A stretch of 64,000 bases of DNA, taken from Ophelia neglecta (lineage: Eukaryota). Location of the stretch: positions 42,222,001 to 42,286,000 of the forward strand of contig OZ260667.1 in the NCBI GenBank assembly GCA_965285935.1, written 5' to 3'. The notes under the pieces were generated by a model. It did no database searches. It worked only from the letters and a program-made list of their open reading frames with translations, and was not told the origin of the DNA. Below are positions 38,401 through 51,421 of the stretch, piece by piece. The translations under genes were made by a program, and so were the position numbers. Within the stretch, counting starts at the first letter, position 1; each line of letters opens with the position of its first letter.

Positions 38401-41400
38401 ATTATTACAGGCCTTTGGCTATTATAGTAGCTGGATCAAATGTAACTCCCTCGTACATGATGATGTGTAATCTTACGGATTTGAACTTAGGCAAAAGCCC
38501 AGCAGGCTAGTGGTATTAAATGATAGACGTTAGAGACAAAACAATCTGAGGTGAGTTGGATAAGTTAACTATAATGCCGAATGATATTTCTGGTTAGTGA
38601 ACCTTAGAAATGGTTTGTCCTATACGGCATGTAATATTTTTTGATAATCAACTTTCACTAAGAAGGAACAAGGTTGTTTCAATAACTAGTTATAAGAATT
38701 ATATCAATAAGAATAATGTTATTATTTATTAATAACAGCGTTCAAAGTACATTCAGTGCCATATCGGCACGAAGATGTTTATATTGGCAGCGTTTTTTAT
38801 AAACATAATAATCGGCGCCATTCGTGTACCTTCTATCGGTAATAAACAAATGGAATCTGATATTTTTTAGGTTTAGGACCATTTTAAAGATGGATGACCT
38901 TTCATGGAGCATCTTTAACACCATATTCTAAACATGAGGCCTAATCAGTTTATTATTTGTCACTTGTTTGCTAATCAATCTAATAAACTCATCACCGACA
39001 CCAGTATATGGCCATTTTGTATGGAGGAAGACATTAAAACATTATGGCATCGGGTTTGCTTTTGTCTGCTTGTAACATTCTAATTTGAAACAGGAACAAC
39101 TGCTTGTTTAATTCTGGGCCTTAAGAGGAAAGTTGCGATTCGTGTGGATCGATCAAATGACTTCCCTCGGAAGTTATTTTAATTAGATTTTATGCTCATT
39201 GCTAAGCGCGCCACCTGCGGGAGGTAATAATGATAATAATGTTGCCATTAATGGAACATTCCTTTACTCGTAAGCACTCGTAACTACTCGTAAAGCAAGG
39301 ATTTAAAGCATAACTGCTTACTGTGAGTTATGTGTTTCAACCGCCCGTGGGTTGTAAACACTAATTGAGCTATTCTAAAACATTTGACATCTTTTGTCTT
39401 TAGCATATCCTTACTTCCTTCGTTCTTGTGATTATATTTCCAAGCCCATTTTTATAACTTACTAACAATACTTTCACTCGTTAAAACATGATTTTTTAGA
39501 AGTAAATATTGCGAAATGTCTGCAAGCTAGTAGTAAAATTAGTCATAAAGCTTATACACGTGGTTTATTGTGTTTCCTATCCCGATGCGTGCAAAGACCA
39601 GCCACAAAACAGTTCCCTTGCTAATTTCCGATCCAAATATTTTGGATAAGACGCCTTCAATTCCTTCATTGCATGCCTTTTGTTCATCCAATTTGGGTAC
39701 TTGCCTTGCTGGCAAGCTTCTTCCAATTAACCACCTCCCTCCTAAACATGTCGGTTGGCCGTAATCTTATCTGCAGTAAGTAGTTGCTAAAATGATTCCC
39801 AACCAAAACTACCTTCACCTGGAAATATTGCAACACTGTGCCTGAAACTAATACGAATGATATAGTTGGTGCATTAGATATATATTGGTAAAATATTCAT
39901 ACGTTTTGAGGCTGGTGTTGGCTATTTACTTTAACAAGTGATTTCATTACTTCAATAACAACAATGAATTACGATCCATAATGAAAGGTGAACATCCCAC
40001 AATTTGAAACCTTAAGAAAATGTTTTTCTTGTAGATGTTGAAAAAATGATTAAAATACAAACTTTACTCCTCCGTATATTGCATCCCCTGAACATATCGG
40101 TTGGACTCATTTACACATTGTCTTTAAGAAACGACCAAGGGAATTCTATTCGAGATTTAACAAAAAAGCAATCCCATCAATTATTTATCATTATATTCTT
40201 TTGAGGATGGCAATGGTATATTTTAGAACCCCGTCGGTCCCTGTCCCTACGTGAACACCATAAAGTTGCTCCGTATAGAGACGGGTGACGGATGAGGTTT
40301 TTTTTAACCAATCCCGGTTTTTTGGTCTCTTTTAACTATTCTGAACTTTGGCAAGCAGTCAGCATGTCCATGTCCGTTCTTTGATTAAACAACTTAGCAA
40401 TGATTCGTGCTATACGCAAGGACGAAAGCGAATTACTCGATTTGTCTTGGCCCAATGCGAACTGGTCTATATTTTATAAAAATGTCTCGAACTGAGAAGA
40501 ATATAGCTCCTCTCGTGAGCAGACATGTATGAATGCAGGTCACCTCCCCCGAGGTATCGTTCCCACGATTTCGTTGGGACTGCTTAGCGTCTCTCTAATG
40601 GGTTAAACATATAATCTTAGGGTTTCGAAGTCATTTTCTCGAAGACTGACATACTTAGGTTGCTGCCAAACGTTTACTAATAGAAGGAAGTCATATGAAT
40701 AGTGCATTTCAATTAGATAGGTTCAAACGCCATAGTATGATTCATAGTCCAAAGACAATGTGTACCTGGGTAATGACATATGCAAAGCTTTGATCAACGT
40801 CACACAAGCATCAAACAAATCAGATATTCTATATGCGCACCGGACAAATATTACTTAATTCCAGAGTTCTGTCATTTAGTCAATACCCAATATAACATGT
40901 CTGCATATTAGTGATGTATTTTGTCACAATATGATGGGCATCTTGTGGGTTTTTCCTCCAAGAAAAATGGCCAAGGTGATCCCAGCCACAAAAAAACTTC
41001 CTTCGATCCGATCTAATTGCTCGATTATGGTGATGTCCTGGATTATAGCACGCTGTAGGCGATTAGTAAACCCTCTCCGGGCTGATACGTATTAAGAGCA
41101 GCCAGTGCCTCTGCCGGTTGGCCATACATTGAAACGATAAATTTTATGACTTATATTCTCTGTGGAATGCGAATGATTGAAGAACTTACCATAGTATTTA
41201 TGCGAACATAAGACAATTGAAAAGAAAATTAATCCAACCAAGTGCCCCTTCAGTGTATCAAAAACAATACATGTATGGTATATAATATTGTACTAAAATG
41301 ACACCAACGCCATATTCTGGGGGGGGGGGGGGGAAACAACAGTGAAATTATATGGATTTTTGATTATTTCAAATGAATCAATTACAATGGCAATCATTTG

Positions 41401-41839
41401 CAGTTTCCTTGCCGATCATTGGTATATCATTATTTCGTCTAACCTATTTTCTTACAAATGAAAAAGCATTGAGAATTATTAATGGCAATCAGAACTCCCT
41501 AGTTTCATTCATGGAGAAAGAAAAGGTAAATTGCTTTAAGATGCACTTTATCTTATCACACGGTCGAAAGGATGTTTAATAACTGGAAAGTGATTTTCTT
41601 TGGAAGATGAATTCCGATTTACCCTTTGTGATTTTTACTATTAAATAATGACTAATGCTTAACATCTTTCCAATATCGAAGTCGGGTATTCTTGTTTATG
41701 ATGGAATGCCCCAGGCATGACTGATAGGAGACCTTACGGTTAAAAGTAATATCTCGTACATTCACATCTAACCTTTCCCGGGCTTGATCCCCAAAGAAGG
41801 GTGAGCAAAGGGACATTGGACAGCTTACAAACGACTTAC

Positions 41840-42144
41840 CGCAGCCATGATATCAGAAGAACCAATGGTAGTGTTCTGACTTGAAATATCTGAAGATAAA
41901 TCTTGCATATTTGCAAAGCCATATATTCGTTGCAAATCGGCTCTTCGGCCTTTAATGACCTATAGGGCATGAGCGTTCTTTTGCAAAATGCATGTACATC
42001 ATATAATTGCTCTTCCGTTGTATAAATAGATGCGTCCCCAGTCGTTTCCTCTATCTCGTCGGTAGAAAACTGTAGGTCTGTCGCTGATTCCATGCAAGTC
42101 ACATTAAGATAGTTATTCTCTGGGTCAACACAATTGTTGTTCGA
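41840..42144 (-). other. Candidate coding exon of an unidentified gene
   Basis: A 305-nt open frame (SNNNCVDPENNYLNVTCMESATDLQFSTDEIEETTGDASIY...ISWL) is bounded by GCTTATAG and a consensus donor CG|GTAAGT. I recognise no homology. Confidence 0.25.
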
Positions 42145-44954
42145 CTATAAGCACGCCAACGAATAGATTATGCCATCATGGCTGATTGTCTTTGGATTGA
42201 CGAGCAAAGTGCTGAAATATATTTGCTCTTCACTTTTGTTTGGCAAATGTGCCAAGCATATGTATATTGGACAAATGCGGCAGTGGGTTTCAGAGGGCAC
42301 GTAGCAGTTAGTGTGTATGGCAATATTTCTGGTGTTCATTGTAAGTGATTAATTAACACAGAAACAAAATGAACAAGCACAAGGACCCAATGATCCATGA
42401 ATAGGTCGTCTTTAACAATACTCTCTTTGAAGGCAGAAATTTATGCTTATGATCTATTAAAATCAGCATTTTGACACGTGCCTTCATTGGATTTAACCGA
42501 CTCCATCAAGTTTACTGGATAGGTTGGATGAATGATTTAGGGGGGGGGGCGTGGGGGCGTGGGGGTCGTAATTTTATGCGACATAGTACCACTAAAAATG
42601 AGTCCTCGTAGAGGTATATTCCCGTATATCACACTATGACCTATGGGCTGTCTTTCACCCGAATCAAATATCTCTAGTTTCTTATCGTTATTTAAATACG
42701 TTTACCCGGACGGCCTGAAAAGGGATTATTGGTCAGTTTTCGGCAAATTTGATCCAATTTTGTTCCATTTTCGATTGTATATCCTAATATCATCACAGTA
42801 ATATCATCATATATCTCGGTAAAATATTTTTCTCAGATCTCCGGAGGGGGAGACGGGAGGGGGGGGGGGGTCAGGGTTAACGTACAATTAAAACTGTACT
42901 CGTGTTGGAATGGAATCCGTAGAACTAATTTTGATTCATTCAACAGAGTCAATGCAAAATAGGATCTCGCAAGATCTAAAAAGGACATTTGTTGTATTAC
43001 AAGCCACATTGTATATTGTTACGGGTAAAGAATACCATAAGCATTTTGCTTTGATATTATGCAATAAGTTTTTGTATTAAATATACAAATTTCTGTGCAG
43101 AAAATATCGGTATTTGATTGACTATCTCTCCCGGGTCTTAAACAGAACTCACGTGCAAGCTTTCTAGTTTTGTTATAATTGAACATACTCTTACCACCAT
43201 TAAGACACTGAATGATATATTGGTCCTGCTGGGTAAGACTCGACAGCTATTTTATTCAACTCTAGGACGTGGTTATGTGCATTGCGTGTCTAGCATATAT
43301 TGTGATCAATAACGAGCAGTAGTAAATGTTGACGTGAGGAGACATTACTCTCCCTCCGTAGTTATCAGGACTAGTAATGAACACGGCGATAATACTTCCC
43401 AGAAATTGAAATATGGGACAACTCGGCCGTAATAATACACACAAGAGTTAACGATGCGACACACACATGTAAAAATGTGTTGCGTGCAATGTGCTTATTT
43501 TCCGAAAAAATAATAGTGGCCCTTCTATATGATTTACACATAAGAGGACCAATAAAGTATAGTTTCATTCCTTTTGTATTTTTATATTATGTATATATAT
43601 ATAATATAGAATTTGTAATATTTTCTTTTGAGTTGTTGCAAAATATTCGCAGTTAATTCGTAAAAAACTCAGGCTGGCCTAGAACCGCACGCAAATCAGA
43701 AACATGGGACAAATGAAGAGCAAGCATAAATATGAAAACAAAATGTGCTATTTAACGCATATCCTTACAAAGAAAGTAGAATATGTGCTCAAGTGCAATG
43801 GTAAAGGTGATCGGTGCACCTATGAACAAATGATATATGTTTACGTTTTTTACAATATAACCAGAAATGCACTGCATAGAATCAATGCCTGCTAACATAT
43901 AACGTGTAGATTATCCTGAAGAATCGACTTATTATACATGCCAAGAACGCGACCAAGTAAGAAAAACATTTTTTAGATCCTGCACTTTCCAATAAACGGA
44001 TAAATTACTGCAATTAATAATTTTGGATGTGCGATAAGGCCTGTATATTATCAATGGCCGCCCATTCAAAACTCAGGGAGGCACTATATTCATTCATTGA
44101 TTGCAACTGTGTTCGGCTTTCTGCATCCATCGCAATCATGAATCTTACACTGACTTCTAAGTTGTCAACGGTCTCACTGGACGTAAAGCACTGAAAGGTC
44201 ATTTGGCTCGCATGGGTCTCATCTGTTTTGGTGATTGTATCATTGGAAAAAAGACAGTATGTTCTCACCAGCAGGTTTAACACTGGAACTATTTTATTGC
44301 TGCGCTTTTTTTTCAACACAAACTGATCAATACGGATTAACAATTGCCGTTTCTCTCTTGCGCTTAAGCCAGCAGCCTTAGCATTTTTTCTATCTGTGTG
44401 AAAAACAAAGCTTCAAGGTGTTGAAGTATTAGCATGAACTCGTATGGCTGACATCTAGAAAATATGTTCAATTTGTTTGAGTCCAATGCACATCAGAGGG
44501 GTCGACTGGACATACAAGTACTCACTTCATGGGTTTACTAAGATTGACTGTGTAGTAGCTGCCTAGATAATTCCGAGCTCATCCTGCCACATTAGATTGA
44601 TCAGCCAAGAACGAGGCACTATCCGATCTGTCTTCCTCCTTTGTCAATCCGTTTAGATGCTCCGAAAGAAGTCAATCGAAAGTACCTTGTACCGAGAATA
44701 AGGCGACCGTTTCGAGGGTCACTAGTTGACTTTAATCCGAGCGAAGTAATTTTCGAGGTTCGGTGCCTTGGTGAATGGATTACATATAGACATCTGTATA
44801 GGCTTTATATTGAAGCTCGGTAATTACCGATTGGCCTATGCATTTTGTTCCACTACCCATATTGTACGTAGATGAGAAGGAGGTAGAAGCACTGGTTGGA
44901 CAATGGCTTTTGTTGCCCAATTCTTATACACTGAGGTGTCTAATGATCTATGGG

Positions 44955-45170
44955 AGGAGTTTTGATTAAAGCGGAAGCGCGGAGCCTTGCGGAGGTACAT
45001 CCCGAAATAAGAACAGAGCACTAGACCTATTAAACTTGCCCCTAACCCTTCCCCTAACCCTCATCCCTAACCCTAGCCTTGCTGACGCTTTTTTGCTTCC
45101 TGTCACTCTGAAATACTCATGACGTCCGCGTCCGCATAGCTTCCGCGGGTCCGCGTTTAAGCAATGTCCT
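44955..45170 (+). mobile_element. MITE-like element with imperfect ~40-bp TIRs and internal CCCTAA-variant repeats
   Basis: The left end AGGAGTTTTGATTAAAGCGGAAGCGCGGAGCCTTGCGGA resembles the reverse complement of the right end, AGGACATTGCTTAAACGCGGACCCGCGGAAGCTATGCGGA. CCCTAACCC occurs three times at about 45039-45075. A homologous copy lies at about 54745-54855. Confidence 0.7.
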
Positions 45171-46285
45171 TGGAAAGGTGTCGACAACGGTGCCGGTCAA
45201 ATAGACGAGGATGTGCAATCCAGGGCCGTGGAGGGCATACTTTATTATAGGTCTTTTCGTTTGTTTATACCAATTAATAGAACTTCTTCGCAGACTGGCC
45301 ATATAGCGCATAGCGGTCGCTAAATTACGTTTGGTAAGTGTTATTTCAACTCACGAGAGATCGCAATTTTGGTATTCTATCAAGGGTTCTAAAATAAAGT
45401 CATAAATTATGCACTTTAAACAAAGCATCATAATGCCTGTAACACGAAAAGCTAGTTAGCCACGTACAAGTGTCCTAGTCGTAAGTAAGGGTGTTTTCTT
45501 TATGGATGTCAACAGAAATGTCAAGAGCACCATGCGTTCTGCACCTTACTTGAAAATAAGCTTCGCTCTACAAAAAATGAAGTTATTTTTTAGCCTAATG
45601 TACAGAGGTGGGATTAGTAACGCTTTGACTAAGGACGAGTTACACTAGTGAGATCGTTGTATGCCAGTGAATACAGTGATACTCTGACTATTTGGATATT
45701 TAACAGTGGAACTGTATATAATTCGTCAAGATTTTGATCGTCTGCTGTTTGCCATGCAGTTACCCCTGCCGTGTAACACCGCAGAGTTGAAGCCAAGAAA
45801 TTCGACTATTAGCATATTCAATTAGAAAACAGACACTAGGTCTGTTACTAAGCAAGGGTGGTCTCCAAGAGCCGGTAGCTTAGGAACTTTCAATAGTACC
45901 ACCAAGTAAAGACGGGGGGAAAAGCGGGAGATTTCAAACTTTTTAACGGACAGAAATATATTTTCTATTCCGGAAATTATATAAAACAGAAACACGGATT
46001 GGCAATCAAGTTTGATACACACAGAATATCGTTCGCCATTTGCATGACATGATATTTTGCGGCGGGTTAAGAAATTTAGTACTTCAAATGGCGGGGAGAT
46101 TGGGGGATATCAGAATCCCTGTTTTATTTATGCGCATTTGTATGTATTAGGGATTCAGTTAATAACCAATTTAGGTTTAAATTAACAGCAAAACAAACAC
46201 TGAGAAACAAATAGTATTGTTTTTGGTTCTTTTTTAATGCGTATTCATTAATAGCAGAGTTTTTTTATGGCACCTGTTTCATTCA

Positions 46286-46342
46286 TTTTTATTGTAAAGC
46301 GGCCTTTGACCTCATTTTCATTTAACGGAGCGCTCAATAAAA
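46286..46342 (+). mobile_element. Short L2-type 3' terminus remnant
   Basis: TTTTATTGTAAAGCG is shared with 51359-51373 and is followed by CTTTGA...GCGCT-CAATAAA, the L2-like 3' end arrangement. Confidence 0.45.
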
Positions 46343-48522
46343 GCCCAAAACGATACAAAAAAGGCTACTAGAGTATTAATTAAAAAGAAATGAATTGTCC
46401 GGTGACTGAAAACTAAAGGTATACATATAGAAGCAAATGCTTAATTGCGAAAATGATCTCCACACCTCTGAAATGGCTAATAAATATCAACATACAGCAC
46501 TAGTCACTAACCATTGGCGACCCCCCCCCCTCCCCCCCCCACACAAACACGCGTTAAGAACCTCAATGGTCTTAAACGTTAAACTAACGCTTAGTCTAAG
46601 TAAGCCGAAGCTTAAAGAATTACGCGGCAATAAGGCCCGAGATGCATTTACAGAATTATATTATGAATTCAATCAGCAATCTCCTAAAACAGATAGATTT
46701 TACACAACAGACATACATATCATTTTAGGATGAATACAATATAGACACAGTACACATGAAGAAGAGACAATGTAGTTGGGAGGAAATGACGCGCTTATAG
46801 GGCCCCTTAAGTCCACAATGAATTTAGTTTTGTGTTCTAAATGAGTTTTATCATAGGAAGATCACGGCGAAAGTGCCAATAGATCAATCTAGCATTCTAA
46901 GATATAATTTAATACTATTTTTATAGGAATGAATCGATCAGTTATATTCGATTTTATCGTACCTGCTATTATAGGAGCGTGTGACTTGCTGGATGAAATA
47001 TCGGAATTTGAAAGTAGACTTAATTATTAGACAAGAAGTAATTAGACATGTAAATTTTGGTTACTGTGAACACTGTCATTAAATATAAAAAGAAATAGTT
47101 GCGGGACCATACCATGGCGATTTTTTTCTCCATTACTAGGATAGTTTTTGGCCAGTTTAATGCATTACCTCCTTTTCCATACCTTTCTAGTTTGAGAAGT
47201 TAAGTGATAAGGTCACGAAGATGAAACTTGTTCTTCCTGAAGGCCTCTTACATTGACTAGATTGATTGTCCAGCTGAATTACAGTTGAAAATGTCACCAC
47301 AGTATCACTCTAGGTGAGCAGTTATTTGTCACCGGTAAAAGGCCAGGGGTTGAATTCTGAAAGGTTGGCGACCTTGGTAGGAGTTTCACTAAAAATAAAT
47401 CAGTAAATATAAGGAGTGCACACATCCTTCTTTTAACCTTGAGTCTGAGACAGGAATTCAAAATCCGTTTTTTATTGACTTAAGTCGAATATTAAGACTC
47501 AAATCTTTCAGAACTCCACTACTGGAGATGCTGAAAATAATTTAGTCTGAGCAAAATAAAATAAAATCTTTTCTTTTCTCCGAATTTGTTGACCATTATC
47601 AAACCTTGCGTGAGGCTGCAGAGATAACTTTGTTAAACTGCTATACCGTACAGAATTTAGTCTCATACTCTGTGTATTATTTTTAGCTATTGTTTAGCTC
47701 TCCTCTTGCTAGAGGAGTGACTGCTGGTAGCAAAATTGTGGTTGGGGTATGTAAAACCCTCTATTAAAGCAAATTTCTATACAAAGATCCAAATAATTCG
47801 TACTTGTAGTCAAAGCAAATTATATATGAAAAAATACATGTAGCATGGTCCTGAGTGGTTGGTTATATTCCCAATATGTTTTTATTTCTAACACGTGGGT
47901 ATACCTAATGTGAAGGTATGCCAATTGTGCCTAAGTCGGGCTGGTAGGTTTTATGGCAAATAACTCCATTTTTTCAAACTTCCACCCATCATAACTTTGA
48001 AAAATGTATTCTATATTCTTACAGCAGTCTGGCAGGCAAAAAGGGCACAAAACTTAGTAGGCAACAATATGACGTGTGAGCTCACACTAAGCCTAAGCTA
48101 ATTTCATCTGGGATTTATAGCGAGTCAGTTGCATCCTCCCTGGACCACGTAATGGGCCACACTATTTGAAGCAGCTTTCCTTCTTGCAGAACACTAACAA
48201 GGCGTCTGATCCTCTCCGGGATTTAAATCATTCTATATGTAGTCATTAAACATAAGTGGCCTACAATTTTCGTCCGTATCGCAATTCCTCAAACTTATAG
48301 GAAATGAGGAGGTGTCTCTTCTCCAGCCCACTCTGTCGTACATTATTTCGATCAAAAGCGGAAGGGCAGATCCATTGCGGAGGTGAATTCTGGGGCAATT
48401 TTACACAGCTCTTTATTAGCATAAAGCTAATACTAACAACGTACAACTTTCATACACGCTAAAAATAACCTCAACACTTGCCACAATTTGTTGACAAAAT
48501 TTGGCTTAATGCTCAGGCCAAG

Positions 48523-48656
48523 GCACATTTAGGCAATTTACAGGCCGAAAAAGCCACCTGCGAAAACCCTATTGTGCCGTCATCATTTCCACAGATATGA
48601 TGACACAGTAGGATAATGCAGGTGGCTTTTTTTAGGCAAAATATGCATTAATGTGC
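48523..48656. repeat. Long imperfect inverted repeat (fold-back, MITE-like)
   Basis: AAAAAGCCACCTGC (48548-48561) pairs with GCAGGTGGCTTTTT (48618-48631). The inner CCTATTGTG..GTCATCAT pairs with ATGATGACACAGTAGG, and the outer GCACATT pairs with AATGTGC. Confidence 0.8.
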
Positions 48657-50241
48657 ATGCAAGACCTTCAGGAATGTCCATGACCTCTGCCTTCGCATCT
48701 TCGCGTTTGATAGATAGCCACCATATAGATTTATCTAATTGCATATTGTTCAATCACACAGTATATTAATTATGCTTGTGGTATTTAAAACAATATGTAC
48801 GTACAATTTGAACGTTGCATTCAGAGAGATAAAAAACAAGCTCATCAACTAGAACAATTCATTTAATTTCAATTCATAGTATAAAAAGAGAAGTATCTTT
48901 CTGCTAATGAAGCCAGAATCGGTGATTGAAAGGTATTATAATCACCCAAGTCAGCAGGAACCTTGAGGTAGGCAATTACTGTCATTATAGGAGATAAGTT
49001 CGCGCTTAGCCCCTGCTATAGATTGTTACTCATTACTAGAACCTGTCACTTGAGACCGCCGGAATAGTCCATTTTTCCGGACTGTTAGGAGAAATTGCAA
49101 AATATCACAGTTAAGATGACAGTCAGTGAAAGCTATAACACAGAAGCCATATTACTCTACTAGAGGTTTTATCGTGCTCAAGGTTTATAGTTTTCAAGAC
49201 GACTTAAGAGAACACGAATATTAATATTGAAATAAAGACCAAGCTGCTATTGATGCATTGTACGTATTACAGTATAGTATTTCTTTACACATTTTTATCA
49301 AAGGGCCATGGTAATTTTATTATTATTACTCCTCTGATACAAATTTATAAAAATAACCAATCCTCTTCAATCAATAGATCATAATGAATGCATTAAGAGA
49401 ATATGCATTTTATTTTTATGTGTTGTTCGAATTTGCCCCTAGTACCTTTTTATGTTTTCGTGCATTGTCTAATAAAGGCTATTAGTCGCATATTGAAAAT
49501 GAACAAATAAGCATTTCATTACTGTCCGGTCCCCGAAAGCCACGTTAGATTCCCCTCTCTCCTAACACATCAATTAAATTTATCGGTCAATGTGGTTTTT
49601 TTGGTGGCGGTTTGCAGCGGCAGTCGTGTGAGCTCCGAAGAAACTCAAATTTACAATTTGCGCTTAATTGTATAATAGAAATTTAAATTATAATTTGTTA
49701 ATACCATAAAACATATTAGTCATTGTTTAAGACATAAGATCCTATGTTTCTGTTACGTCAAACAACCAGCAAGGGTTATCACCATTGGTTTTTGGTTAGC
49801 CTACATTATGAAACTCACTAAAGCAAGCATACTGGTAGGGATAAACACTATCCAGATGGAGCCATCCGGGCAACATTGTGCAAGCCATTTACTTTTTTGA
49901 AAATGGTTATAAATCTTTAATAATATTGTAATTAGTATTCAACTACAAATGACAAGTATTATTTTTTCAAGATTCATCTCTGTGTATACAAAAATTATAA
50001 CCTACTACTAGACTATTTTTTCTTCGCATTGTTCAATTCAAAATGTTCACAAGCAGGTTTCTATATCGTCTTCAGTAATATGTACCACTTTGAATGACAA
50101 GGTTCCCTAAGAAGGCCTACATTGCGACCTTATCTTCATCGGCATATATGTCAATTTTGTTCGAGGTAGATTATCAAGGATAAATCAAGTTTAAAGCCGA
50201 GTAAAATTTGGCTGCGTCATAAGAGAGGAGATTTTCCTCTG

Positions 50242-50331
50242 AAGTACATAAACCAATCATAATACTGGATTAGCTGTAGCCCGGCGCCAGAATAACTCGC
50301 TCCGGGCCATTTACTGCGGATTATTGAAACT
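50242..50331 (+). repeat. Dispersed repeat copy B
   Basis: AAGTACATAAACCAATCA...ATTAGCTGTAGCCCGGCGCCAGAATA...ACTGCGGATTATTGAAACT matches 35343-35458. Confidence 0.7.
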
Positions 50332-51079
50332 CTTTATAAAGGAGAAAGTCGGATATGGTCGAAAACATCTACAAACAGAATATTTTGTGGGGCCACGTTA
50401 TGACACTATATTATTAGATAGATATAGCTAAAATAGAAGGAAATATATATCCCCTTGGTCTTAGTACCGCTACTGGTATACGTGTTTTCATCCTTCAATA
50501 CACACTCTTGCACCCACATACTAAATGCATCAGATGATCAAGTGTGAGTTATTCTTACCCACAGCATCGATCGTAATTCTTATTAAAGATTTGACAAATG
50601 CGTACCATTTGCCTTTGATCATGACTCGTGTTGTTTATGGATCAAGTGCCACGGTCGTAATCTCCATAAATTGAAATCCATTAATATCTGTTTATTGTCA
50701 GACACAATATCGATAAGCATCATGCAGTTCCATATCGGAAAAAGTATCAGAAATATTTGATTTTTTGCCTTTTTGGTAATCACAGAACCAAATTTAAAAA
50801 GAGTTAGGGAGGCGTTTATCAAAGGACGATTTATCCTCGCCTAGTACACTGATTGGTGTAAGCAGTAGCATTCAAACATCCAACGACGTTAAGCTGTTTT
50901 TATTGTCAGTGTTTTTTACTCTCTAAGATCCATCTCATACTTTTCAGCTCAGCTGTCTATGATGTCGAAGACAGTCGAAGATGCGGTGTGAATTTTAAAA
51001 CGAGCATTGTCATTTCATAATATTCTCACTTTGAGCTTTTTAGATTGTGTTTATATTAATTTGATAATAGCGAATTATG

Positions 51080-51421
51080 GTACTAGTTCCAAGGTGGTCT
51101 AACCACAAGACTTTCGGCGACAGGTCTTTTGCAGTGTGCGCCCCTCGTCTGTGGGACAGCTTGCCTGTGTCCATTAGTTGCGCCCCACCTTTAACTAGTT
51201 TTAAGACTGCTTTAAAACCCTATTTTTTCAGAGCGTATTTCAATGTGAAATTCTATGTTTTGTTCTAGTCAGCTCACTACTTTTTATTGTTATTTGATCT
51301 TTTATCATATATACAATTTATTGTAGTTGTAGCCTGTTTTAGCTGTAATCAGTTCATGGTTTATTGTAAAGCGCTTTTGAGCATATATCTTATGGAAAAT
51401 TAGAATAATAATAATAATAAT
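51080..51421 (+). mobile_element. L2-clade (CR1 group) LINE 3' fragment
   Basis: The translation LVPRWSNHKTFGDRSFAVCAPRLWDSLPVSISCAPPLTSFKTALKPYFFRAYF fits the typical L2 ORF2 C-terminus (LxVPR..T.GDRAF...AP.LWN.LP...L..FK..LKT.LF). The 3' UTR has TGTAAAGCGCTTTTGAGCA and an (AAT)n tail at 51404-51421. Confidence 0.85.

Noticed and set aside
44014-44343. 109-aa minus-strand ORF (and similar protein-looking frames at 59728-59916 and 62338-62571)
   Set aside because: They have no recognisable homology and no convincing paired splice sites.
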